Shown piece after piece: positions 47,426 through 58,380 of a stretch of DNA of 59,215 nucleotides. The notes under the pieces are model-generated. The model was given only the letters and a program-made list of their open reading frames with translations. It was not told the DNA's origin and did not search any database. The DNA comes from an uncultured Gammaproteobacteria bacterium. Its GTDB lineage: Bacteria > Pseudomonadota > Gammaproteobacteria > Xanthomonadales > Xanthomonadaceae. Numbering within the stretch: position 1 is the stretch's first letter; each line of letters opens with the position of its first letter. The position numbers and the translations under genes were made by a program. The DNA is taken from contig CBIHRR010000001.1 in assembly GCA_966212495.1 (NCBI GenBank), positions 1 through 59,215 on the forward strand. The letters are read 5' to 3'.

Positions 47426-49792
47426 ATGGGATTCCGGACCCGCATCGCGATCTTCTTCGTCGCCGCCCTGGTGGTGGTGCAGGGAGTCACCGCCTTGCTC
47501 GTCTACCGCGTCGCGCGCGTCGAGCTGGTTGCCGAAGGCCAGCGCCAGTTGCAGGTCGCGGCCGATGCGTTCGCGCGCCAGCTCGACGACGTGTCGGGCC
47601 GCGTCGCCGCGGGCGTGCAGGTGCTCGCCCTCGACTTCGCGCTGCGCTCCGCGATCGCGCAGCACGACGAGGCGACGTTGCTTTCGGCGCTGCGCAACCA
47701 CGGGCGGCGCGTCGGTGCCGCGCAGATGCTGCTGGTCGGCGTGGATGGCCGGATCGAGGCCGACACGCGCAGCCAGTTCGCGTCGGGTGCGCAGTTCCCG
47801 TACTCCGACCTCGTCGACCACGCGCTGCAACGTCCCGCGTCGGCGGTGGTGGCCTTCGACGGCGGCGCCTACTGGATGGTGGTGGTGCCGGTGTTCGCGC
47901 CGGACCTGGTCGGCTTCATCGCCGCCGCGATCCCCATGGACGATCGGCTGCTGGCGCAGTTGCAGGGCCAGTCGAGCCTGCCGCGCGAGATCGAACTGGC
48001 CAGCCGCGACGCGCAGGGGCGATGGCGGGTGCTGGCGCGCGGCCGTGGCGCGGGCGGGCTTGCCGTGCGGCTCGCGGCGGCCGGCACCGGCCTGCCGACG
48101 CAGCCGCAAACCACCCTCGTCGGCGGCCGCGAATTCGTGATCCAGGCCGCATGGCTGGACAGCTCGACGCACAGCCCGCCGGTCGCCGCGATCCTGGGCT
48201 ATTCGGTCGACGAGGCCCTGCGGCCCTACCGTTCCGTCGCGGCCGCGTGGGGCGGGCTGACGCTCCTGGGCCTGCTGGCCGGCCTGGCCGGGGCCTGGCT
48301 GATCGCGCGCAGCGTGTCGCGACCGGTCGAACGGCTGGCGGCGTCGGCGCGCAGGATCGCGCAGGGCGACTACGCCTTCGCCGACGATGCGCTGCCGCGC
48401 GCTGCCGGCCGCGACGAACTCGGGCAACTCGCTGCTGCGTTCTCGACGATGGCGCAGGCGATCCGCGAGCGCGAGGCCCGGATCATCGACCAGGCCAGCC
48501 ACGACCAGGTGACCGGCTTGCCGAACCGCGGCGCCGCGGAGTCGGCGATCGCGCACTCCCTGTCGTCGCGCGCGGACGGCGCGCTGCTGATGGTGGGCCT
48601 GGCGCGCGTGCAGGAAATCATCAAGACGCTGGGCCACGACGTCGGCGACCGGATGATGCGCGAAGCCGGGCAGCGGCTGCGCCTGCCGGCGCGCGGCGGC
48701 GAGGTGGCGCGGGCCACCGACACCCAGTTCTCCGTGTACGTCGAGGGCGCGGGGCGCGAAGCGGCGGTGGCCACGGCGTACCGCATCATCGAGGCGCTGG
48801 GCGAGCCCTATCGCGAGGACGGCATCACCCTGGATTTCGCGCCGGTCGTGGGCATCGCGCTGGCGCCCGCGCACGGCACGGCTGCCGGCACGCTGCTGCG
48901 CCACGCCGAGGTCGCGATGATCGCGGCGATCGCATCGGGCGACGGTGCCGGCGTATACGACCCCGCGACCGACCCGCACCGGCCGGAGCGGCTGTCGCTG
49001 ATGGGCGAGTTGCGCGAGGCGATCGCCGGCGATGCGCTCGAACTGCAATACCAGCCCAAGCTCGCGCTCGCCAGCGGGCGCGTGGATGCGTGCGAGGCGT
49101 TGGTGCGCTGGCCGCATCCCGTGCTCGGGCCGGTCGCGCCGGACCTGTTCGTGCCGCTGGCCGAGGAAAGCGGCAACATCCGCCCGCTCACGCGCTGGGT
49201 GCTCGCGGCCGGCATCGCCCAGGCCGCGCGCTGGCAGGCGCAAGCGATCGCGTTGCGCGTGTCGCTGAACGTGTCGGCGCGCGACCTCGACGACGTCGAG
49301 CTGCCGCGGCGCGTGGCCGAGCTGCTCGCGATCCACGGCGTGGCGCCCGAGTCGATCTCGCTGGAAATCACCGAGAGCGCGATCATGGGCAAGCCCGACG
49401 CGGCGATCGCCGTGTTGCGCAGGCTCGCGGGGCAGGGCATCGACCTGGCGATCGACGATTTCGGCATCGGCCAGTCCTCGTTCGCGTACCTGCGGCGCCT
49501 GCCGGTGCGCGAACTCAAGATCGATCGCAGCTTCGTCGCGCGCCTCGGGCAATCGCGCGAGGACCAGGAGATCGTGCGTTCCATCATCGACCTCGGCCAT
49601 CGCCTGGGCTATCGCGTGACCGCCGAGGGCGTCGAGGACGCGGCGACGCTGGGTTGGCTCGCCGGCGCCGGCTGCGACCATGCGCAGGGCTATTTCGTCG
49701 CGCGGCCGATGGCCGTGCCGCCGTTCGACGCGTTCTTCGCCGCGGGCCGATGGCCCGGTCGCGAGCCGCACCTGCGCACGGTGGGGAAGTGA
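47426..49792 (+). CDS. Membrane sensor with Cache-like/HAMP, degenerate GGDEF and EAL domains (likely c-di-GMP phosphodiesterase)
   Basis: Two TM helices and a HAMP domain. HDQVTGLPNR present, but the GGDEF position reads ATDTQF. EAL domain intact (YQPK, EALVRW, EITES, DDFG, KIDRSF, AEGVE, QGY). Confidence 0.88.
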   Translation: MGFRTRIAIFFVAALVVVQGVTALLVYRVARVELVAEGQRQLQVAADAFARQLDDVSGRVAAGVQVLALDFALRSAIAQHDEATLLSALRNHGRRVGAAQMLLVGVDGRIEADTRSQFASGAQFPYSDLVDHALQRPASAVVAFDGGAYWMVVVPVFAPDLVGFIAAAIPMDDRLLAQLQGQSSLPREIELASRDAQGRWRVLARGRGAGGLAVRLAAAGTGLPTQPQTTLVGGREFVIQAAWLDSSTHSPPVAAILGYSVDEALRPYRSVAAAWGGLTLLGLLAGLAGAWLIARSVSRPVERLAASARRIAQGDYAFADDALPRAAGRDELGQLAAAFSTMAQAIREREARIIDQASHDQVTGLPNRGAAESAIAHSLSSRADGALLMVGLARVQEIIKTLGHDVGDRMMREAGQRLRLPARGGEVARATDTQFSVYVEGAGREAAVATAYRIIEALGEPYREDGITLDFAPVVGIALAPAHGTAAGTLLRHAEVAMIAAIASGDGAGVYDPATDPHRPERLSLMGELREAIAGDALELQYQPKLALASGRVDACEALVRWPHPVLGPVAPDLFVPLAEESGNIRPLTRWVLAAGIAQAARWQAQAIALRVSLNVSARDLDDVELPRRVAELLAIHGVAPESISLEITESAIMGKPDAAIAVLRRLAGQGIDLAIDDFGIGQSSFAYLRRLPVRELKIDRSFVARLGQSREDQEIVRSIIDLGHRLGYRVTAEGVEDAATLGWLAGAGCDHAQGYFVARPMAVPPFDAFFAAGRWPGREPHLRTVGK

Positions 49793-51045
49793 GTCGGCGG
49801 CAGCGCGCGCGCGACCGGCGCGGGAGCGCGGCGCTGGCCGCGTTTCTCGGCATGGCGTCGGGCGGCGCCGCGCACGCGCAGGCGGCCGCGCCGCAGTGGC
49901 ATGGCTACGCGGAAGTACGCGCGGGACATGCCGGCGGCGACGATCGTTCCTGGCGCGACGGCGGACTCGGCAAGGCGCGCTTCGGCGACGGCGGCAGCGG
50001 CGTCGAGCCGGCCGCGGCGCTGGCGATGGCCTGGCAGTTCGCGCCGGCCTGGCTGGCGTCGGCGCAACTGCAGTACCAGGACGGGCAACGCCGCCCGTTC
50101 GGGGTGCTCGACGCGTGGGTGCGCTGGCGCCCGGTGTCGACGACGCCGTGGCGCTGGTCGGTCAAGGCCGGCGCGTTCTTCCCGCCGGTCTCCCTCGAGA
50201 ACGACGGCGTCGGCTGGACCAGCCCGTGGACGCTGACGCCGTCGGCCATCGACAGCTGGGTGGGCGAGGAACTGCGCGCCACCGGCGCGGAATTCGCGAT
50301 CGAGCATCGTTCCGGCGAGGCGACCTGGCGCGGCGTCGCCGCCGCCTTCGACCACAACGATCCTGCCGGCGACCTGCTCGCTTCTCGCGGATGGGCGATG
50401 GGCGACGTGACCTCGGCGCTGGACGCGGAATTGCGCGAGCCCGACGTGTACGCCGGCAATGCGCGGGTGCCGGCCCCGGTCGTGTTCCGGCCATTCACCG
50501 AGATCGACCATCGCATCGGCTGGTACGCGGGCCTGTCGCGCGAAGGCGCCGGCGGTTCGCTGCTCTCGTTGCTGCGCTACGACAACCGCGGCGACCCGGC
50601 GGCGTGGGAATGGCAGGGCGCGCGCAAGGTGTTCGCCTGGCACACGCGCTTCTGGAGCGCCGCCGCGCGCGGCCAGGCCGGCGGCGTGCAGTGGCTGGCG
50701 CAGGCGATGGACGGCGCTACCGCGTTCGAACCGCGCGAGGGCCTGTACCTCGACACCAGGTTCAGTGCCGCCTACGTGCTCGCGGCCTGGGAACGCGGCG
50801 ACTGGCAACCGGCGCTGCGCTTCGACCTGTTCCGCGCGCGGCAGTTGCCGGAGACGCTGGCCGCGCCGCTCGGCGAGCACGGCAACGCCATCACCGCCGC
50901 GCTCAACTGGCGGCCGCGCGACGGGCTGCGGATCACCGGCGAGCTGCTGCGCATCGACAGCACCCGCCACCAGCGGACGCTCGAGGGCCTGCCGCCGCGG
51001 CAGTCCGGCCTGCAGGCGCAGGTCGGCGTGCGCGTGTCGTTCTAG
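49789..51045 (+). CDS. Outer-membrane beta-barrel/porin-like protein
   Basis: GTGA overlap with the EAL gene. Signal peptide AHA-QA; W/Y/F-rich beta-strands; ends VRVSF. Confidence 0.7.
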   Translation: MSRRQRARDRRGSAALAAFLGMASGGAAHAQAAAPQWHGYAEVRAGHAGGDDRSWRDGGLGKARFGDGGSGVEPAAALAMAWQFAPAWLASAQLQYQDGQRRPFGVLDAWVRWRPVSTTPWRWSVKAGAFFPPVSLENDGVGWTSPWTLTPSAIDSWVGEELRATGAEFAIEHRSGEATWRGVAAAFDHNDPAGDLLASRGWAMGDVTSALDAELREPDVYAGNARVPAPVVFRPFTEIDHRIGWYAGLSREGAGGSLLSLLRYDNRGDPAAWEWQGARKVFAWHTRFWSAAARGQAGGVQWLAQAMDGATAFEPREGLYLDTRFSAAYVLAAWERGDWQPALRFDLFRARQLPETLAAPLGEHGNAITAALNWRPRDGLRITGELLRIDSTRHQRTLEGLPPRQSGLQAQVGVRVSF

Positions 51046-52292
51046 GCGTCCCGCGCCTCCGTCCACAAGCCCAGCCCCACGCCGACCACGGCCATCGCCG
51101 CGAGGTATTGCGCCGGCGCCAGCGGATGGTCGCGCAGGGCCAGGGTCAGCACGATCGGCGTCGCACCGCCGCAGATCGCGTACGCGACGTTGTACGAGAA
51201 CGACAGGCCGCTGAAGCGCACGGGCGCCGGGAACGCGGCGACCGCGATCGACGGCACCATCGCGGTGATGCCCACGCCGAAACCCGCCAGCGCATACAGC
51301 GGGAACAGCAGCGAAGGCTCGCGCGGCCCCAGCGTGTACAGCAGCCAGAACGAGGCGCCGGCAAGCACGCTCCAGGCCGCGAGCGTGCGGCCTTCGCCGT
51401 AGCGGTCCGCGATCGTGCCGGCGACCAGGTTGCCGGCGATCGCGCACACGATCGCCAGGCTGTTGGCGGCAAGGGCGGTCGTGCGCGGCACGCCCTGCTG
51501 CTGCAGGAACGTCGGCATCATCAGGATCGCGACCACGACCACCGCGGTGAGCAGCCACGTGAGCAGCATCGCCAGCAGCACGCCGGCCGAATGCTCGCGC
51601 AGCACGGTCTTCAGCGGCATCTCCGCGGACAGCGCGCGGCGCGCGCGCAATTCCGCGAACACGGGTGTTTCATGCAGGCGGCGGCGCACCCACATCGCGC
51701 CCAGTCCGAACACGCCGCCGACCAGGAAGGGCACGCGCCAGCCCCAGGCGAGCAGTTGCGCGTCGTCGAGCGCCGCCGACAGTCCCGCGGCGACGAGCGC
51801 GCCGACGAGGATCCCGGAGAGCAGGCCGGCCGAGAGCGTGCCGCAGGCGAGGCTGCGGTGCCGCGGCGACACGTGCTCGGTGACGAACACCCACGCGCCC
51901 GGGGCTTCGCCGCCGATCGCCGCGCCTTGCAGGATCCGCAGCAGGAGCAGCAGCAGCGGCGCGAGCGCGCCCACCTGCGCGTAAGTGGGCAGCAGGCCCA
52001 TCAGCAGCGTCGGCACCGCCATCAGCAGGATGCTGAGCATGAACATGCGCTTGCGGCCGAGCAGGTCGCCGAAATGCGCGAGCACGACCCCGCCGAGCGG
52101 TCGCGCCAGATAGCCCGCCGCGAAGATGCCGAAGGTCTGCACCAGCCGCATCCAGCCCGGCATGTCCGCCGGGAAGAACAGCGTCCCCATCGTGCCGGCG
52201 AAGAACACGAAGATCACGAAATCGTAGAACTCGAGCGCGCCGCCCAGCGCGGCGAGGCCGAGCGTGCGCAGCTGGTCGCGGGACAGGCTCAT
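51042..52292 (-). CDS. MFS transporter, MHS family
   Basis: GGALEFYDF, ARPLGG...FGDLLGRK, LRILQGAAIGGE and WGWRVPF...ETPVF. Confidence 0.9.
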   Translation of the reverse strand: MSLSRDQLRTLGLAALGGALEFYDFVIFVFFAGTMGTLFFPADMPGWMRLVQTFGIFAAGYLARPLGGVVLAHFGDLLGRKRMFMLSILLMAVPTLLMGLLPTYAQVGALAPLLLLLLRILQGAAIGGEAPGAWVFVTEHVSPRHRSLACGTLSAGLLSGILVGALVAAGLSAALDDAQLLAWGWRVPFLVGGVFGLGAMWVRRRLHETPVFAELRARRALSAEMPLKTVLREHSAGVLLAMLLTWLLTAVVVVAILMMPTFLQQQGVPRTTALAANSLAIVCAIAGNLVAGTIADRYGEGRTLAAWSVLAGASFWLLYTLGPREPSLLFPLYALAGFGVGITAMVPSIAVAAFPAPVRFSGLSFSYNVAYAICGGATPIVLTLALRDHPLAPAQYLAAMAVVGVGLGLWTEARDA

Positions 52293-53749
52293 GCTTCCAG
52301 TGCGAACGCGAGGCTGCGGTGCGACGGGTCGGCAGCCGCGAGGCGCACGCGCACGGCTTCGCCCAGGGGCAGGTCGCGGTCGGCGCCGACCGGCGCCTCG
52401 ATCGCGAGGGCGTGCAGCATCACCGTGCCGTGGTGGCGGTTCTCGCCATCCACCTCGACGATGCTGCCCTCGAACGTGTCCCCGACGTGCGGCGCCAGCA
52501 CCAGCGTTTCGGCCAGGTCGATCACCGCGCGCTCGTAGCGCGCGGCGCGCTGGTCGGCCGCGGCCATAGGCCGCGGAAGACGGGGCCGGGCGTCGAGCAA
52601 ACAGGCCCGCGGCGGCGGTCCGGCGCCCCAGGCCCGGCACAACAAGCCCGGGTAGCGGTCGACGAGCCGGCGCAGCGGCGCCGTCGCGTGCGTGTACGTC
52701 GAGGCCAGCGCCGAATGCAGCGGCTGCGGGGGCAGCGCGCCGTCGAAGGCGGCATAGCCTGCGCCGCGCAACACGCTGGTGCAGGCCACCATCATCGCCA
52801 GGTGCCGGGGATCCGACGGATCCAGCGAATGGATGAATTCCGGGTAGCCGGACGACGGCGGCCAGGCGATGCCGAGTGCGTGCGCGGTCCGACGCAGGCG
52901 CGCGATCGCGTGCGGGGGCGGTTCCGGCAGCGTGCGGAGCAGGCCGACGTGGTGGCGCACCATCAGGTCCGCCGCGGCCATGCCGGTCAGCAGCGACAGT
53001 TGTTCGTTCCAGTCCTCCACGGGGCGGCGCGCGCGGTATTCCAGGCGCCAGCCCTGGCCATCGCCATCGCCATCGCCATTGCCGATGCGGATCTCCTGCT
53101 CGGGCAAGGGCAGGCTCACCGCGCCGCGGCGGCGTTCGCGCGCCATGCGCAGCTCGCCCAGCGCGCGGACCAGCGCCCACATCGGATCTGCGGTGCCGGC
53201 GTCGATCGCGTCCTGCACGCCGTCGTAATCCAGGCGCGCGCGGCTGCGGACCATCGCGCGGCGCACGTCGACCGAGGTGCCTTCACCCGTGGCGTCGACC
53301 TTGATCGTCCACAGCAGCGCGGGGCGGCGCCGGTCCGGGAGCAGCGACGCGGCGTCCTCGGACAGCACGCGCGGATGCAGCGGGATCTTGTCCTCGGCGC
53401 CGTAGAGGGTCTCGCCGCGGCGGTTGGCCTCGAGGTCGACCGGGTCGCCGGGGGCGACGAAGGCGGCGACGTCGGCGATCGCGTAATGCAGCACGTAGCC
53501 GTCGCCGTCGCGCGCGACGTGCAGGGCCTGGTCCAGGTCCATCGCGCCCGGCGGGTCGACCGTCACGAACGGAATGTCGTCCCGATCCTCCGCGGGCAAG
53601 CGCGGGTGCGCCGCGGCTTCGCGCGCGGCGGCCTCGACATCGGCGGGGAAGGCGTCGGGCAAGCCCATTTCGGCGCGGATGCGCGCGACGCCCGGTTCGA
53701 GCGCGGGAACCGCGGGGCAGTTGGCGCGGAGCCTGCGTGTGGTCGACAT
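52289..53749 (-). CDS. RNB-domain (RNase II/R family) ribonuclease
   Basis: VTVDPPGAMDLDQA, YAIADVA, RRGETLY and YTHATAPLRRLVDR. Confidence 0.88.
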   Translation of the reverse strand: MSTTRRLRANCPAVPALEPGVARIRAEMGLPDAFPADVEAAAREAAAHPRLPAEDRDDIPFVTVDPPGAMDLDQALHVARDGDGYVLHYAIADVAAFVAPGDPVDLEANRRGETLYGAEDKIPLHPRVLSEDAASLLPDRRRPALLWTIKVDATGEGTSVDVRRAMVRSRARLDYDGVQDAIDAGTADPMWALVRALGELRMARERRRGAVSLPLPEQEIRIGNGDGDGDGQGWRLEYRARRPVEDWNEQLSLLTGMAAADLMVRHHVGLLRTLPEPPPHAIARLRRTAHALGIAWPPSSGYPEFIHSLDPSDPRHLAMMVACTSVLRGAGYAAFDGALPPQPLHSALASTYTHATAPLRRLVDRYPGLLCRAWGAGPPPRACLLDARPRLPRPMAAADQRAARYERAVIDLAETLVLAPHVGDTFEGSIVEVDGENRHHGTVMLHALAIEAPVGADRDLPLGEAVRVRLAAADPSHRSLAFALEA

Positions 53750-53803
53750 CCGTCGAGGATAACGTCTGGCGGGGGCGACGTCTGCGGGCCGCCGGGTAGC
53801 GGA

Positions 53804-54922
<1,119 letters not shown>

Positions 54923-54926
54923 GGGA

Positions 54927-56213
54927 CTACCGCCAGAACGGGATCACGTAGTCGGTCTCGCCGGCGGCGCGTTCGCTGGCGCTGGCGTCGGTGCGCGCGA
55001 CGCGCAACTCGTGGCGTCCCGGCGGCAATGCGCGCACGTCGATCATGGCCACGAGCGCGGGCCGGTCGGTGCGCGGATCGTTGCCGGCGTCGTAGCGCTG
55101 CCCTTGCAGCGGCTTGCCGTCGAGCGCGAGGGCGTGCAGGCGCTGCAGGCATGCCAGCGCCGCGCTGTCGTCGGCGCCCGCGCCGGGGCAGGCGGCGCGC
55201 ATGGCGACGTCGTCGCGGCCCGGCAGGAACGGCACGACCAGGCGCACGTAGGGGCCCGCGACGACGGCGTCCTGGATGAAGGGGACCGCCGGATCCCGGG
55301 ACGGCGCGCGCATCGCATCGTAGTGCGCGGAATCGACGTTGCCGCCGGGCCCGGCCCCCGCGCCGGGGAACCGCCCATAGTTCCCGAAGCGTTCGGGATG
55401 CTGCAGCGCCTTCAGTCCCACCACCACCGAGAACATGATCGGGAAGAACACCGCCATGACCAGCAGCATCGTCCTGCGCTGGCCGCCGTGGCTGGCAAGC
55501 AGCGCCATCGCGTTGTTGCCCCGGCCGAAGCCGAGCGTGCGATAGCACTGGAACATCCGCGACAGCGCCCGCGCGGCGAAGCCGTCCGGCGCGAGGCGCG
55601 CGCCCCAGCGGCGATCGACGAAGCTGGCCACCGCGAACGGCACGACGACCAGCATCGCCGACGCCGCGAACACCAGCGCGTTGTCCGCGCGAACGCCGGC
55701 CGCCAGCAAGAGCAGCGACAGCAGCCCGAACACCAGCGCCACGAGCAGGCTCACCGTGAGCAGCATCGTCGCCATCATCACGCCGATCGCGAACACCACG
55801 GTCGCGCGGTTGTCGGCCTGGTCGATCAGCTGGTCGCGACCGGGCGCTTGGCGTTCATCCGCCGCGCGCTGCAACGGGCCCATGCGCAGGCGCTCGCCAC
55901 GGATCCCGTCCGGGAACACCGAATGCAGGCCCACCAGCGCGATCCAGTGCGCGCGCAGCAGCAGGTGGATCGAGAACGTCGCCGCGAGGATCACCGCCGC
56001 GGTCTTGAGGTACATGTACATCACTTCGAGCGGCTGCGCCCAGCCCGGGCCGAAGCGCGGCAGCATCGCGAGGATCGCGTCGTCGAGCAGCCCGGGCAGC
56101 TGCAGCATCGCGAACACCGCGACGCCGGAGATCAGCAGCTCGACTTCCCAGGTCGGCGTCGTGTGCTTCGGCAGCCCGCCGCCATCGTCCGCGCCAAGTT
56201 CCCCGTTCGCCAT
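54927..56213 (-). CDS. Hypothetical membrane protein
   Basis: WEVELLISG...HLLLRAHWIALVG; about 5 TM helices plus a soluble C-terminal domain ending IPFWR; RBS GGAGGGG. Confidence 0.7.
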   Translation of the reverse strand: MANGELGADDGGGLPKHTTPTWEVELLISGVAVFAMLQLPGLLDDAILAMLPRFGPGWAQPLEVMYMYLKTAAVILAATFSIHLLLRAHWIALVGLHSVFPDGIRGERLRMGPLQRAADERQAPGRDQLIDQADNRATVVFAIGVMMATMLLTVSLLVALVFGLLSLLLLAAGVRADNALVFAASAMLVVVPFAVASFVDRRWGARLAPDGFAARALSRMFQCYRTLGFGRGNNAMALLASHGGQRRTMLLVMAVFFPIMFSVVVGLKALQHPERFGNYGRFPGAGAGPGGNVDSAHYDAMRAPSRDPAVPFIQDAVVAGPYVRLVVPFLPGRDDVAMRAACPGAGADDSAALACLQRLHALALDGKPLQGQRYDAGNDPRTDRPALVAMIDVRALPPGRHELRVARTDASASERAAGETDYVIPFWR

Positions 56214-56237
56214 GTGCGTTCCCCTCCGCCCGTCGCG

Positions 56238-56999
56238 CTACTGGATCGTCCAGCCGCCGTCAACGTCGATCGTGTGCCCGGTGATGTTGCGCGCCGCCGG
56301 CGACATCAGGAAGGCGGTGATCCCGGCCAGCTCCTCGAAGGTGATGAACACGCCCTTCGGCATGGGCTTGAGCATCACGTCGGACACCACCTGCGACTCG
56401 GGGATGCCGCGCGTGCGCGCCTGGTCGGCGATCTGCCGGTCCACCAGCGGCGTCTTCACGTAGGTCGGGCAGATCGTGTTGATGGTGATGTCGGTCGTGG
56501 CTGTTTCCAGCGCCACCACCTTGGAGAATCCGACCAGTCCGTGCTTGGCGGCCACGTAGGCGCTCTTGTACGGGCTCGCGACCAGGGAATGGATCGAGCC
56601 GATGTTGACGATGCGCCCGAAGCCGCGCTCGCGCATGCCTGGCAGCACCGCGCGCGTCAGGCGGGCGACGCCGACGAGCATCACCTGCACGAGGAAGTCC
56701 CATTTCTCCATCGGGAACTCCTCCAGCGGCGCGACGTGCTGCAGGCCCGCGTTGTTCACGAGGACGTCCACGGGCGGCGAGGCTGCGAGCGCGGCGGCGA
56801 TGCTCGCATCGGAGGTCACGTCGAGCACGCGCGCCTCGGCCGAGCCGCCCTCGTCCAGGATCGCGCGCGCCACGGCTTCCGCCGGCCCGGGCGCGACGTC
56901 CGTGACGACGAGATGGTGCCCCGCTGCGGCCAGGCCGGCGGCAATGCCGGCGCCGATCCCGGATCCGGCCCCGGTGACGAGGATGTTTCGCTTGTCCAT
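56238..56999 (-). CDS. 3-hydroxybutyrate dehydrogenase (SDR)
   Basis: TGAGSGIG, NNAGLQHVA, SIHSLVASPYKSAYVAAKHG, CPTYVKTPLV and DGGWT. Confidence 0.87.
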   Translation of the reverse strand: MDKRNILVTGAGSGIGAGIAAGLAAAGHHLVVTDVAPGPAEAVARAILDEGGSAEARVLDVTSDASIAAALAASPPVDVLVNNAGLQHVAPLEEFPMEKWDFLVQVMLVGVARLTRAVLPGMRERGFGRIVNIGSIHSLVASPYKSAYVAAKHGLVGFSKVVALETATTDITINTICPTYVKTPLVDRQIADQARTRGIPESQVVSDVMLKPMPKGVFITFEELAGITAFLMSPAARNITGHTIDVDGGWTIQ

Positions 57000-57115
57000 G
57001 GATCGTTCGCAGGGAGGGCGCCCAAGCGTAGCAGGCGGGCGGGCGGGGATCGCCACCACGACGACTTGACCCGCGAGGCGCTATCGTCCGGCACTGGCCC
57101 CAGGAAGGACGCCCC

Positions 57116-57688
57116 ATGCAGCAGTTCAAGATCGGCTACCTGATCGGCAGCCTCTCGAGCACCTCGATCAACCGGCGCCTGTCCACGGCGCTGATCCGGC
57201 TGGCGCCGCCGCAGCTCGACTTCACCGAGATCCCGTTCCGCGACCTGCCGCTCTACACCCCGGACTACGACGCCGACTATCCGCGGGTCGCGCGCGATTT
57301 CAAGCAGGCGATCGCGCAGGTGGATGGCGTGCTGTTCGTGACGCCCGAGTACAACCGCTCGATTCCCGGGGCGCTGAAGAACGCCATCGACTGGGCGAGC
57401 CGCCCCTACGGCACGAACAGCTTCGCGCGCAAGCCGTCGGGGGTGATCGGCGCGTCGCCCGGCGCGATCGGCACCGCGCTGGCGCAGCAGGACCTGCGCG
57501 CCGTGCTCGGCTTCTGCAATTCGCCGCAGATGAACTCGCCCGAAGCCTACATCCAGATGAAGCCCGGCCTGGTCGACGACGAGGGCGAGGTCACCGACGC
57601 CTCGACCAGGGAGTTCCTGCGCAACTTCATCCACGAGTACGCGCGCTTCGTCGAACGCGTGCTCACCGTGCTTCCGCGCGAGGATTGA
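57116..57688 (+). CDS. NAD(P)H-dependent FMN reductase (ChrR-like)
   Basis: GSL...SIN, TPEYNRSIPGALKNAIDWASRP and ASPGAIG. Confidence 0.9.
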   Translation: MQQFKIGYLIGSLSSTSINRRLSTALIRLAPPQLDFTEIPFRDLPLYTPDYDADYPRVARDFKQAIAQVDGVLFVTPEYNRSIPGALKNAIDWASRPYGTNSFARKPSGVIGASPGAIGTALAQQDLRAVLGFCNSPQMNSPEAYIQMKPGLVDDEGEVTDASTREFLRNFIHEYARFVERVLTVLPRED

Positions 57689-57692
57689 CGGC

Positions 57693-58316
57693 ATGACGGA
57701 GCCCAGGCGCCATTTCTCGATGTTGCGCGACTTCCACCTCGCCGACTGGTTCACGCTCGGCAACGCGTTCTGCGGCACCGGCGCGATCTTCGCGGCGATG
57801 CGCTTCCTGCAGGAGGGCGTGGTCGCGGACCTGTTGTGGGGCATGGCGCTGATCCCGCTGGCCTTCGTGTTCGACGCGCTGGACGGGCGCATCGCGCGCT
57901 GGCGCCAGGTCGCCTCGACCCTGGGCCGCGAACTCGATTCGCTGGCCGACGTCATCTCCTTCGGCGTGGCGCCGGCCGCGCTGGGCTACGCCTGCGGCCT
58001 GCAGGGCGGCTGGGACTGGCTGGTGCTCTCGTACTTCGTCGGCTGCGGCGTGAGCCGCCTGGCGCGCTACAACGTCACGGCCGAGGCGCTGTCGGGCGAC
58101 GAGGGCAAGGTGAAGTTCTTCGAGGGCACGCCGATCCCGACCAGCGTAGCGATCGTTGGCCTGCTCGCCGTCGCGGCCTTCGGCGGCCGGCTCGGCCCCG
58201 AACTGTGGGGCGGGGCGTGGCGGCTGGGGCCGTGGCTGCTGCATCCGCTGGTGGCGGTGTACGCGCTGTCGGGTTCGCTGATGATCAGCAAGACCCTGCG
58301 CATCCCCAAGCCCTGA
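57693..58316 (+). CDS. CDP-alcohol phosphatidyltransferase (PssA-like)
   Basis: DALDGRIAR...LGRELDSLADVISFGVAP, RLARYN and FEGTPIP. Confidence 0.88.
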   Translation: MTEPRRHFSMLRDFHLADWFTLGNAFCGTGAIFAAMRFLQEGVVADLLWGMALIPLAFVFDALDGRIARWRQVASTLGRELDSLADVISFGVAPAALGYACGLQGGWDWLVLSYFVGCGVSRLARYNVTAEALSGDEGKVKFFEGTPIPTSVAIVGLLAVAAFGGRLGPELWGGAWRLGPWLLHPLVAVYALSGSLMISKTLRIPKP

Positions 58317-58380
58317 GCGCGGGCCCCCAGCCGCCGGCCGCGCGTGGCTGCTAGCATGGTCCGTCATTACGGAGGCCCCC

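Noticed and set aside
53057..53083. (GCCATC)n hexamer repeat
   Set aside because: A short in-frame Gly-Asp linker in the RNB protein; no regulatory or array character.
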